Assembly: GCA_951406725.2 (NCBI GenBank)
Contig: OX597841.1
Location: forward strand, 13,888,001-13,952,000
Direction: 5' to 3'
Origin: Octopus vulgaris
Taxonomy: Eukaryota
Length of the DNA: 64,000 nt
Both the position numbers and the translations under genes were made by a program. The notes beneath the pieces were generated by a model. It saw nothing but the letters and a program-made list of their open reading frames with translations. It had not been told where the DNA came from and made no database searches. Numbering within the stretch: position 1 is the first letter of the stretch; each line of letters opens with the position of its first letter. This document shows, piece after piece, positions 10,943-22,358 of this stretch.

Positions 10943-13900
10943 TAATGATAATAATAACAATAATAATAATAATGATAATAATCATCCTCGTCATCGTTTA
11001 ACGTCCGTTTTCCACGCTAGCATGGGTTGGACGGTTCGACCGGGGTCTGGGAAGTCAGGGGCTGCACCAGGCTCCAGTCTGATCTGGCAGTGTTTCTACA
11101 GCTGGATGCCCTTCCTAACGCCAACCACTCCGCGAGTGTAGTGGGTGCTTTTTACATGCTACCGGCACAGGTGCCAGGGGAGTCTGGCATCAGCCACGAT
11201 TGGTTGGTGCTTTTAACGTGCCACCAGCACGGAAGCCAGCCAAGGCAGCGCTGGCATCGGCCACGTTCGGATGGTGCTTTTTATGTGCCACTGGCACAGA
11301 AGCCAGTCGAGGCGACGCTGAATAATAATAATAATAATGATAATAATAATAATAATAATAATAATTGTAATAATAATAATAACAATGATAATGATGATTA
11401 CAATAATAATAATGATAATAATAGTCCTTTCTCTTAACGGCACAAGGCCTGAAATATGGGGGGAAGGGGACTAATTGATTACGTCAGCCCAAGTGTTTTC
11501 ACTGTTACTTAATTTATTGACCCTGAAAGGATGAAAGGCAAAGTCAGCTACAGCGGGATTTGATCTCAGAACATAGTGGCAGATGAAATACCACTAAGCA
11601 TTTCGCCCAGTGAGCTAGCGATTCTGCCAGCTTTGATGATCATGATAATGTTGATATGATGATAGTGTTGGCGGGTGACGGTGATGTAAAGCTGCGTTTA
11701 AAAATGTGTGAATTTGTATACCTAATCAACCGACACTGTCTTTAGCTCTTCTGCATGTTTTGTTTCATCAAGGTATGGATCTTATGGAGGGACGAGAAGG
11801 TGGAACGTGGCTAGCTGTGAACCGGAATGGTAAATTATCTTGTTTACTAAACATTTACTGTGAAGAACCAGACCCTTCCAAGAAGCATCGTGGTAGGTGA
11901 ACTGTCCTTGGTTTTGATTTTGTCTTCATTTACACACACACACACACACACACAAGCTTGAAAGAAATGAAGGTAGTGTGCTTCGCTGGATGTGCAATGT
12001 CAGTGTGTCTGTTCGACAGAGTGTAAGCATCTTGAGAGAAAAGCTGGGCATAAGAGGCATCAGATGTGGTGTGCAAGAGAGACGACTGCACGGGTATGGT
12101 TATGTGATGCATTTGGACGAGGACAGCTGGGTAAAGAAGTGCTGATCTCTAACATTGGAAGGGACCTGTGGAAGAGGTAGACCCAGGAAGACATAGGACG
12201 AGTTGGTGAAGCATGATCGGTTTCTTTATTACCCACAAGGGGCTAAACACAGAGGGGACAAACAAGGACAGACAAACGGGTTAAGTAAATTACATTGACC
12301 CCAGTGCGTAACTGGTACTTATTTAACCCTTTAGTGTTCAGATTACTCTGTTAAATGTAATACTTTTTCTCTCAAATTGTTTTGAATTAATCAAGCATTA
12401 TCTCATAGCTTTGAGGTTTCAATGATGTGATTGTTTATTTTGAGAATGTCAATGTAGGTTAGGTGTGAGAGGCTAAATATGGCCAGATTGAATTTGAATA
12501 TAAAACATGTAGAATATCTGGGCCAGATATGGCCGGTTTAAACACTAAAGGGTTAATCGACCCCGAAAGGATGAAAGGCAAAGTCGACCTCGGCAGAATT
12601 TGAACTCAGAACGTAACGGCAGACGAGATACCGCTAAGCATTTCGCCTGACGTGCTAACGTTTCTGCCAGCTCGCCATCTCTCTATCTTTCTGTCTATCT
12701 CTCTAGCTACCTGGTCTATCTTTTTAGCTACCTGTCTCTCTATCAATCAATCAATCCATCCAAACACACACACACGCACACATATTTGTGTCTCTGTTTC
12801 TCACGGCACTCTCTTTCTTTCCATTCCAAGGTCAACTTGTGTCTGATTATTTGAATAATGACCAATATACTGCTGTGTCTTACTCTAACACCTTAGCTTC
12901 GCTCCGCACGGATTTCTCACCTTTTACTATTGTCTTAATGGATCTCAGGTAAGTTCTACTGACTTCCTAAAATGTCTGTAGATTATTATTATTATTATTA
13001 TTTGAGGTCAATGTTGCCTTTCATCCTTTCAGTGTTGATTAAACATGTACCAGTTATGCACTGGGGCCGATGTAATCAACTTAATTCTTTCCCCCAAATT
13101 CGAAGCCTTGTGCCTACAATAGAAAAGATTATTATTATTATTATTATTATTATTATAAAGGCTGTGAGCTGGCAGAATCATTAGCACGCCAGGTGAAATG
13201 CTTAGCAGTATTTCACCCGCTGTGTTCTTAGTTCAAATTCCACTGAGGTCGACTTTGCCTTTCATCCTTTCAGGGTCGGTAAATTAAATACCAGTTATGC
13301 ACTGGGGTCGATGTAATCGACTAGTCCCCTCCCCCAAAACTTCAAGACCTTGCGCCTTCAGTAGAAAGGATTATTATTATTATTAGAAGGTGTCGAACTG
13401 GCAGTATTGTTAATTCACTGGGCAAAATGCTTAGCACCATTTCGTGTGTCTTTGTTCTGAGTCTAGGTTGTCATTTGAGTGGTGCAGAGGAGTAGGGAAT
13501 CACCAAGAAATGGATCTCAGGCTCACCATATGTGGCACTAGCACAGGTGCCTTTGACATTGAGATGGCACAGGTGCTTTCAACGTGGAACCAGCACAGGT
13601 CCATTTTATGTGGTACCAGCACAGGTACTATGTGTGTGGCACCAGCACCAGCAGGGTTGCCAAGTAACCTTCCGGACAAAGGCCTCTCAGCTGAGAGAAG
13701 GAATGGATCCGAAGGAGGGAGTTGTATACCAGGCAAGAGGTTAGGGTGTAATGGACAGACACCGAGAGATAGTTGTCTTACTTGGTGACCCCTGTAGGAC
13801 AAAGAAAGAGAAGAAGGTGGGAGACAGTTATGTATATATATATATATATTTAAATGAGCCCCCATTTCTTTTTGCAGTTCTAACGAAGCCTATTGTCTGT

Positions 13901-16900
13901 CTAACACTGAAGATAACAGCGAACCACAGATATTAGAACCAGGTGAGGTGGCCAGGTTACATTCACTCATTCACCTGGCCTCGTTTGCCAACATACACAC
14001 ATATACACTCACACACACAAATCTATGCATAAACACATATAAATCTACATATATACACACAAGTGTCTTAGACGCACAGATGCTCACACACACACACACA
14101 CACGTGTACACATGCGTGCACATTAATCTACACAGCTACATTATGCATACACATACAAATCTACATAAACATACACACACACACAGATACACATAAATAC
14201 ATACAGACACATGCATATACGCACATTCATACACAGACACCCAAAATGCTGGGGAGACAAACACACACACATCTATAAACAAAGGGCTTCTTCCAGTTTC
14301 CGTTGTATGGCAATGTGTAATTCTGGCAGCTTCCTTTTGCCAACATGACCAAACATCAAGAAATACAGCAGACATACCACAATTACAAGTTTAACATACA
14401 CACACACACACACATGTATATATATATGTATATACATATATATAATCAAAACATTACTTCTAACCTTATAGCAGTTAGATACAGCCATAGCTTGGTCAGT
14501 CAGTGGTTGGACTTCACAACCTCATATGTTCTTAAAATTTAAATCTACATCTTTGTGTATATATCTACCTTCTCTATAATGTTGCCACTTGATATGAAAA
14601 TTTTTGTATTAATGGAAAACCTCTATAATTGGCTGATGAGTACTCAGCATTTTAAATCTGTTGTAATACTTACAACATTTAATAAAATGATGTAGTGTGA
14701 AACAATTGTACCAAATTACCGGAATCATTCTTGTTGCTTATTTTGATTATAACCACCCCACAAATTTTTATGGATAACACCATACAAAATTCTGGTGCAT
14801 CTAAATTAAGTACCATATTCAATCGAATCTAAATTTTTGCTGTACATATATATATATCATCATCATCATATATATATATATATATATACATATGTATGTG
14901 TGTGTATTATATATATATATACACATATATACAACGGGCTTCTTTCAGTTTCCGTCTACCAAATCCACTCACAAGGCTTTGGTCAGCCCGAGGCTATAGC
15001 AGAAGACACTTGCCCAAAGTGCCATGCAGTGGGACTGAACCCGGAACCATGTGGTTGGTAAGCAAGCTACTTACCACACAGCCACTCCTGCGCCTATTTA
15101 CCACACAGCCACTCCTGCGCCTATATATGTATATTATATAAATGCATAGAGTCTCTTTTTCACGTCTGTGTTGCATTGTGTTAACAGACTTGCATTTAAA
15201 ATGCCCAGTTTTAATCGAAAGTTGTTAGTTACTAAAATAGCAATACCAACTGCTTATCTCTTCCACATACAACATAAGATTAATGACTATGTGTTATATA
15301 TATCCAAATAGTCTCTTTTTGAGGTTTGTGTTGTAGTGTTTTAACAGGTTTGCACTTAAAATTCCCAGTTTTAATCATAACTTGATAGTTACCAAGGTAA
15401 CAATACAACCTATTTATTTATCTTTCACACACACACACACCTATACACGCATTCATATACATACTCATACACACACCCATATATACACATACGTACTCGT
15501 ATTCATACACATCCTCATATACACACACACCCATATGTACAATCATATACACACCCATACACACATCCACACTCAGACACTGACCCATGCACGCATACAC
15601 AGCACCCCCCCACACGTTTACACGACCATGCTGTATCTCCCCCCTAACACTCCATCTCTCTCTCTCTCTCTCTCTCTCTTTCCTCCACCAGGTACTTCTT
15701 ATGTGTTTGGAAACTCTGAGTTGCTGCACCCGCTCCAGAAGGTGTGCAAGGGTAAAGAATTATTCGATGACGTCATCGCAAAATACTCCACGACGCAACA
15801 CCAACAGCAACTCAAAGACAGCCTTTTTCAGATGATGATGAACAAAGAACCGTAAGACCTGCCACCACGGCTCCTTCTTTATCTTTTACTTGTTTCAGTC
15901 ACTAGACTGCGGCCACGCTGGAGCACTGCCTTGAAAAAATTCTAGTCAAACAAATTGATCTCAGTACTGTTTTTTTGTGGGTTTTTTCTTATTATGCTTA
16001 CTCTTTTTACTCTTTTACTTGTTTCAGTCATTTGACTGCGGCCATGCTGGAGCACCGCCTGTAATCGAGCGACTCGACCCCGGGACTTATTCTTTTGTAA
16101 GCCCAGTACTTATTCTATCGGTCTCTTTTGCCGAACCGCTAAGTAACAGGGACATAAACACACCAGCATCGGTTGTCAAGCAATGCTAGGGAGACAAACA
16201 CACACACACATATATATATATACATATATACGACAGGCTTCTTTCAGTTTCCGTCTACCAAATCCACTCACAAGGCTTTGGTCGTCCCGAGGCTATAGTA
16301 GAAGACACTTGCCCAAGGTGCCACGCAGTGGGACTGAACCTGAAACCATGTGGTTGGTAAACAAGCTACTTACCACACAGCCACTCCTTGCTATTTATTT
16401 TATCAGTTACTTTTGCTGAACTGCTAAGTGACAGCAATATAAACACGCCAATACTGATTGTCGAGCAAGGTTGGAGGACAAATGCACATGCGCGGTCGTG
16501 CGCACATAATTCAATGGGCTTCTTTCAGTTTCCATCTACCAAAACCACTCGCAAGGATTCGGTTGGCCCAAGGCTATAGTAGAAGAAAGTTACCCAAGAT
16601 GTCATGCAGGGTGATTGAACCTGGAACCATGTGGTTGGGAAGCAAATTTCTTACCACACAGCCATGTCTGCACCCAGCGAGGTGACACCATTTGAGGGCT
16701 AAAGCAATGCAAAAGCGCATTGTGACCAGCAAGGTATAACAACATCTGATAGCCTGCTCCATCACGTGATCACACACACACAACAGGCTTCTTTTAGTTT
16801 CCATCTACCAAATCCACTCACAAGGCTTTGGGGAGCCTTGAGGCTACTGTAGAAAACACTTGCCCAAGGTGCCATGCTGTGGGACTGAACCCGGAACCAT

Positions 16901-18706
16901 GTGGTTGGGAAGCAAGCTTCTTCGTGTTCTGCGTGCTAATTAATCATGTCATGTTTTTGATAAAACTCTTCCATCCCTTATTTGTCGATGTTTGCCAGAT
17001 TACTTTTTTTTAAATTTTTATCTCGTTATCCAGATATTATGACCAGGAATACAGCCAGAAATTTCCATCCTTCAATTCAACCATTCCTTATATCTATTTC
17101 CAATGTGAAGAGGAACGAAGAGGATCAAGGTAAAAAAAGAAGACAGAATATTTCTGACTTTTTAACCTTTAGCACACTGCAGGTGCATCATGGTGTTGTA
17201 TGAGTTTTCTCCCCTCTCAATGCAACACAATGTGCCTGCAGCTACAGGGGAGATAATTCTACAGTGGTGCAATGCATCTAAGCATGCTTAACAAGTGATG
17301 TAAGTGCACTGCTAACACAGCAGAATATGATATTGACTTATGGAAACGTTTAATACACTTAATAATATACTAGCAGTATCGCCCCGTGTTGCTCAGGTTT
17401 GTTTCGACCCTTTAGAATTGGAATTTTTGAAAAGTAAAAATTCTGTATTATGTAGCTTGTTATTCTCTTTACATGAACATTTTTGTGGTTGAAATACACC
17501 GATAAATGGCGACACAGCAGTCAAAAAATCATAAAAATAAGGATTTTCATAGAAAAAAAGCACCTTTTTGATGTAAATAATTTTTGATGTTAACATGGTC
17601 CGATTTGAATTTTTTCTTCTACGGAAGGAAGAGCAAGCCTTCTTCTATCATACTCTCAATTTTGGTCAACTTGCACCACAGGGTCTCGGAGGAGATAGTG
17701 TTAGATGAAGGCTGCCATACATGGACAACTTCAGCTTTATATATATAGATTATTTTTATAATGGCATTGTAGAGCAAGTGTGACAGGCTGGATTTGACCT
17801 GTCTGAACATAAAGCAAAATATGTGGGCCCAATATGGCTGGTTTATATACTAAATGGTTAAAGAGAGTAGGGAGTTTGTTGATAGGAGATTTGGCTGTTA
17901 CATTGTGTAAGGTCAGGTGATTAAATAGAAGCTCCCTCAAATGGTTCATCTGGTCCCTATTCTAACCCCTTAACATTTAGATTATACTGTCAAATGTAAT
18001 GCTTATATATTCATATTGTGTTTAATTAATCCTGCATTATCTCATAGCTTTGAGATTTCAATGATGGGATTGTTTATTATAAATATCAAATGGAAATTGT
18101 AGTTGTGATCCCTGTGCCAGTGGCACGTAAAAAGCACCATCCGAACGTGGCCGATGCCAGCGCCGCCTTGACTGGTTTCTGTGCCAGTGGCACGTAAAAA
18201 GCACTAACCGATCGTGGCCGCTGCCAGCCTCCCCTGGCACCTGTGTCAGTGGTATGTAAAAAGCACCCACTACATTCACGGTGTGGTTGGTGTTAGGAAG
18301 GGCATCCAGCTGTAGAAACACTGCCAGATCAGACTGGAGCCTGGTGCGGCCTCCTGGCTTCCCAGACCCTGGTCGAACCGTCCAACCTGTGCTAGCATGG
18401 AAAACAGACGTCAAACGATGATGATGATGATGATGATGATAATGACATTGTAGAGCAGGCGTAAAAAGCCAGATCTGGCCAGTTTTAACATAAGACAGGT
18501 CAAATATTTTGGGCTGGGTGTGGCCGGTTTAAACGCAATTGCTTTAATTAATGTAAGTAAATGTTTCTCTCTTCAGGACCCACACTGTGCTACTGGTTGA
18601 CGGAGACGGGAAAATAGACATCACCGAGAGGACCCTAGAGACACCGATCAAGGCCGGGGAATTCAGCTGGCAGACCTCCAGTTTCTCTTACAGCCTTGCT
18701 TTATAG
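9983..18706 (+). CDS. TANGO2: Transport and Golgi organization 2 homolog (NRDE/DUF833 family), complete spliced CDS
   Basis: join(9983-10124,11773-11892,12831-12948,13878-13942,15692-15851,17034-17129,18577-18706) = 831 nt, 276 aa + stop; all introns GT-AG with matching phases; N-terminal MC, YRLILAN.RDE, GGTWL, HRG.LV and RTHTVLLVD match the family. Confidence 0.93.
10181..10985. repeat. (AAT)n/(AAC) compound microsatellite, ~800 bp
   Basis: Direct inspection; source of the poly-N, poly-I and poly-L ORFs. Confidence 0.97.
11773..11892 (+). CDS. TANGO2: TANGO2 coding exon 2
   Basis: GMDLMEGREGGTWLAVNRNGKLSCLLNIYCEEPDPSKKHR; aag| and |gtaggt, phase 1-1. Confidence 0.93.
12327..12552. mobile_element. 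piggyBac-like MITE inserted in a SINE B copy
   Basis: TTAA at 12323-12326 and 12553-12556; TIR ccctttagtgtt / aacactaaaggg; host SINE sequence resumes on both sides. Confidence 0.88.
12831..12948 (+). CDS. TANGO2: TANGO2 coding exon 3
   Basis: GQLVSDYLNNDQYTAVSYSNTLASLRTDFSPFTIVLMDL; polypyrimidine+aag| and |gtaagt, phase 1-2. Confidence 0.9.
13878..13942 (+). CDS. TANGO2: TANGO2 coding exon 4 (65 nt)
   Basis: SSNEAYCLSNTEDNSEPQILEP; tttgcag| and |gtgagg; phase 2-1 exactly bridges exons 3 and 5. Confidence 0.87.
14626..14718 (+). ncRNA. Putative type I hammerhead ribozyme motif in a dispersed repeat
   Basis: aattgg-CTGATGA(14633-14639)-long hairpin-GAAAC-aatt-GTA-ccaaatt. Confidence 0.5.
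15692..15851 (+). CDS. TANGO2: TANGO2 coding exon 5
   Basis: GTSYVFGNSELLHPLQKVCKGKELFDDVIAKYSTTQHQQQLKDSLFQMMMNKEP; ccag| and |gtaaga, phase 1-2. Confidence 0.9.
17034..17129 (+). CDS. TANGO2: TANGO2 coding exon 6 (divergent)
   Basis: YYDQEYSQKFPSFNSTIPYIYFQCEEERRGSR; ccag| and AG|gtaaaa, phase 2-2; GSR joins THTVLLVD. Confidence 0.75.
17370..17749 (-). mobile_element. Non-autonomous Helitron
   Basis: On - strand 5' TC start, subterminal GC hairpin, CTAG 3' end, inserted between A and T. Confidence 0.8.
18085..18440 (+). mobile_element. SINE-like family C inserted into a degenerate piggyBac-like MITE (about 17963-18547)
   Basis: (ATG)n tail; flanks resemble the two halves of the 12327-12552 MITE. 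Confidence 0.75.
18577..18706 (+). CDS. TANGO2: TANGO2 last coding exon
   Basis: THTVLLVDGDGKIDITERTLETPIKAGEFSWQTSSFSYSLAL*; ctcttcag| acceptor, TAG 18704-18706. Confidence 0.92.
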
Positions 18707-19796
18707 CAAAGGCTCCCACAACAGCAACACCAACAATAATAGTTAAGTTTTCCAGACAACAAACACACAAGGGGAGACAATTTATAAAGTGAGAACAGAA
18801 TAGTAATAATAATAATAATTTTGAAGAGCGGTAGAGGTTGGTTGCTTGCATGGCCCTCTCCCAGTACACCCACCACCACCACCACCTTCATTTCCCTGTC
18901 CTTGAGGTTATCGGCCCCAAAGAGACGAATTGGCAAAGGCGAGCTCTGTGGGATTTGAACCCAGAAACAATACTACAAGGCGTTTCATTCAACACTAATT
19001 GATTGGTGCTCTTGCTTTTACTGATGGGGTTGAACCCAGATCCACGTGGTTGAGATGTGTGTGTGTATACATACATATACTTTTATATATGTGTGTGTAT
19101 ATATATATGACAGCGAGCTGGCAGAATTGTTAGCACGCTAGGCATAATGCTTAGTAGTATTTCGTCTGCTGTTACGTTCTGAGTTCAAATTCCGCCGAGG
19201 TCGACTTTGCCTTTCATCCTTTCGGGGTCGATTAAATAAGTACCAGTTACGCACTGGGGTCGATGTAATCGACTTAATCCCTTTGCCTGTCCTTGTTTAG
19301 CCCTGTGGGCAATAAAGAAAATATATATATATATGTGTGTATATATGACAGACTTCTTTCAGTTTCCATCTACCGAATACAGTTGTAGGGCTTTGGTCAG
19401 CCCAAGATTATAGAAGAAACTTGCTCAAGGTGCCATGCAGTGGGACTGGACCTAGAATCACACAGCCATACCTACCCTATAGGGTTTTTTTTAATCTTTC
19501 AATGTAGAATATAAAGGGTCCATTACCCAGCTGACCCTTGTTTAAACAAATTGCGAGGAAGGGGGACAGATACGCTGTGTCTTTCATACCACTTACCAAA
19601 TTGTATTCTGCCCCGTCTCATTTTCTACCCACCCACCCCCAACTTCCCTACGACCCCTTATATTGCCATTAAGCCTTGTCAACTATCCTCACCTCTGGGT
19701 TGGTTAAATCTATTATTTGCAGGAAGAAAACTCCCATCACACTTGGCTATGTAGCCTGTCTGAGTGACACACAGACAACATTGTGGTTTTTCCTAG

Positions 19797-19841
<45 letters not shown>

Positions 19842-19956
19842 TATACATAATATATTATCAAGAATAAAAGGGTAAAATCAATTAATTATTAATTAATTTT
19901 ACCAAGTAGTGTTCAGTATGTAAAAAGACCATTTAAGGTATATCTAAAACATTACC

Positions 19957-20138
19957 TTATATAATTAGGGTTCAGTAAAATAATTTACTTTACCACATAC
20001 CGAACTTTTAGAAATAGCAGCTAAAAAATCTTAGATATTTCTACTACTATAAGAAATAGCTAAGATTTTTTTGGCTGCTATTTCTAAAAGTTCAGTGTGT
20101 GGTAAAGTAAATTATTTTACTGAACCCTAATTATATAA
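19957..20138. repeat. Near-perfect palindrome, ~85-bp arms, ~9-nt loop
   Basis: ttatataattagggttcagtaaaataatttactttaccaca... mirrored at 20052-20138. Confidence 0.92.
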
Positions 20139-20919
20139 CATATATTTATATATATCTTACCCCTGTATATAATAATAGCTGATAAAATATTTGTTGGTTG
20201 CTTGCTTGCTGTAGTCACACCTTACATTGTATAGAGACAGGAAGAGAGATATAGTGAGGGTTAACATAAGAGGTGTCAGATGATTGCACACTCTAGGCTT
20301 GGTGACAGACAATGAGTAAAAGAACATTCCTCTCCCACCACATACATACACACACACACACACATACAGTGAAAAAGAATTGCAGAGGTGGAGTAAATGA
20401 AATTTGTATTATGTAATTTTATTTTAAAAGTAATAAATATTTTCCGTTTTGAAAATCAGTTTTCATTTCATTTCATTATTTTGTATGAAGTCCCAAGAAA
20501 TTTGATAAAAGTTGAACTTGTAATTGTGGTGTGTCTGCCGTATTTCTTGATGTTTGGCCATGCTGGCAAAAGGAAGCTGCCAGAATTACACATTGCCATA
20601 CAACGGAAACTGGAAGAAGCCCATTGTATATGTGTTTGTGTTTGTCCCCACACCATCGCTTGACAATCGATGTTAGTGTCTTTACGTCCCCATATCTTAG
20701 CGACTCGGCAAAAGAGACCGATAGAATAAAGTACTAAGCTTACAAAGAATAAGTCCTACATGGCCTTGCTTTTGCTTTTTGAGCCAATAAAAATTGAATT
20801 GAATTGGTTGCACCGCCTTTTGTTCGACAAAAGACGGTGCTCCAGCATGGCCACAGTCAAATGACTGAAACAAGTATATATATATATATATATATCGTGA
20901 AGTATATCTATCACTTAAA

Positions 20920-21760
20920 TGTGGCTAACCACTAAGGGTGGATGCTACTGTAGCCCCAGGAGGACATCTCCAGCTGGCTATTGACACACTTTCTGTGCCC
21001 TATCAGTATTTGCAAAGGGAAGCCATCCTTCCCATCTTCAACCTGGTATGATACACATGGGCTCGAGTTTCTGGGTATTGACCTGTCATCAGAGTACAAT
21101 GAGTCCAAGACTGGATATGTAAACAAGTGCCTGTCCAACAGTGATTTCATCATCCATACTCTCAACAATATGCCCTTAAATATGGTTTCTGATTACAAAT
21201 ATATTGGGTCATACATATCATCATCTGAAAAAGATTTTCTAACTAGAAAGGGTATGGCCTGGTCAGCCTGTAATGATATGCATAAGATCTGGTCATCAAA
21301 TCTAAGTAGAGACATCAAACTTGAAATCTTCAAAGCCACAGTCGAACCAATTCTACTATATGGCTCAGAAACCTGGACGTTATCAAAGAAGCTTGAGAGG
21401 CGGTTGGATGGAACCTACACTCGCCTCCTTATGAAGGCTCAAAATCTCTCGTGGAAGTGCCATCCAACCAAAATGCAAATATAAGGGAAACTACCACCTG
21501 TGTCATCTCTTGTGAAAGGTAGGAGAGTCCAGTTTGCTGGACATTGTTGTAGAGCTGAAAAAGAGGTAATTTCTAGTCTTCTCCTCTGGAAGCCATCTAC
21601 TCGCGATACCAGAGAGCGCACACTCTCCTACCCTGATGTAATCTCCAGGGATACAGGCATCCAGCAACGGGACCTCCGTAATGCCATGATGGACCGTGTG
21701 GTCTGGCGTAACATAGTAAATTCCATTGTCTCGACCACGGTCGAACAATGAATGAATGAT
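20920..21760 (+). mobile_element. Defective non-LTR retrotransposon (RTE-like), 3' part of the RT ORF with premature stop
   Basis: YKYIGSYI, IFKATVEPILLYGSETW, FAGHC and W..IV motifs; TAA at 21482; (aatg)n tail. Confidence 0.85.
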
Positions 21761-22248
21761 GCGTGAGTTTGCATGTGTGTGTATATATATATACACATAT
21801 ATATACTTACCTATACATGTGTCTGTCCCCCACCACCACTTGACAACTGGTGTTGGTTTGTTTACATCCCCATAGCTTAGCATGCAGCAATGCTTGCGCC
21901 TACATAGATATACATGTATGTGTTTTTGAAAAGCTTCTTTTAGTTTCCACTTTCCAAATCTGTTCACAAGACTTTACTCAGCCTGTGGCTACAGTCGAAG
22001 ACACTTGCTGGAGGCGCTGCACAAAGGGATTGCACTTGAATGCAGCAGTGCTTAACCTGAAGTATTTTTGCAACACACTCCTGTGCATTCTGAGTTCAAA
22101 TCCAGCCAGGGTCAACACTCTGCCTTTCTTCCTTCTGGAGGTGACGTGCCAATAAATCAAAATACCAGTTAACTACTGGGGAACGGTCGATATATTCAGC
22201 TGCTCCATCTCACCAGAATTTCTGAGCCTCTAGCTTTTGTCAGCGTCA

Positions 22249-22311
22249 TCAATGGTTTGCGGCTGAGGCTTGGTCTTCGGATTTCACCTTATCTTCTTTG
22301 TTGAAATAATC
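22249..22311 (-). CDS. ARMC7: ARMC7 last coding exon
   Basis: [20 protein letters not shown]; ttcttccag| acceptor, phase 0. Confidence 0.8.
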   Translation of the reverse strand, partial: DYFNKEDKVKSEDQASAANH

Positions 22312-22327
22312 CTGGAAGAAGAAAAGA

Positions 22328-22358
<31 letters not shown>

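Noticed and set aside
10050-11141. 363-aa poly-Asn ORF and overlapping poly-Ile/Leu ORFs
   Set aside because: Translation of an intronic AAT/AAC microsatellite.
21055-21097. Minus-strand CUGAUGA...GAAAC-UCGAG hammerhead-like match
   Set aside because: Cleavage position reads GCC, stem I does not pair and stem II closing pairs mismatch; two short boxes alone can occur by chance in 64 kb.
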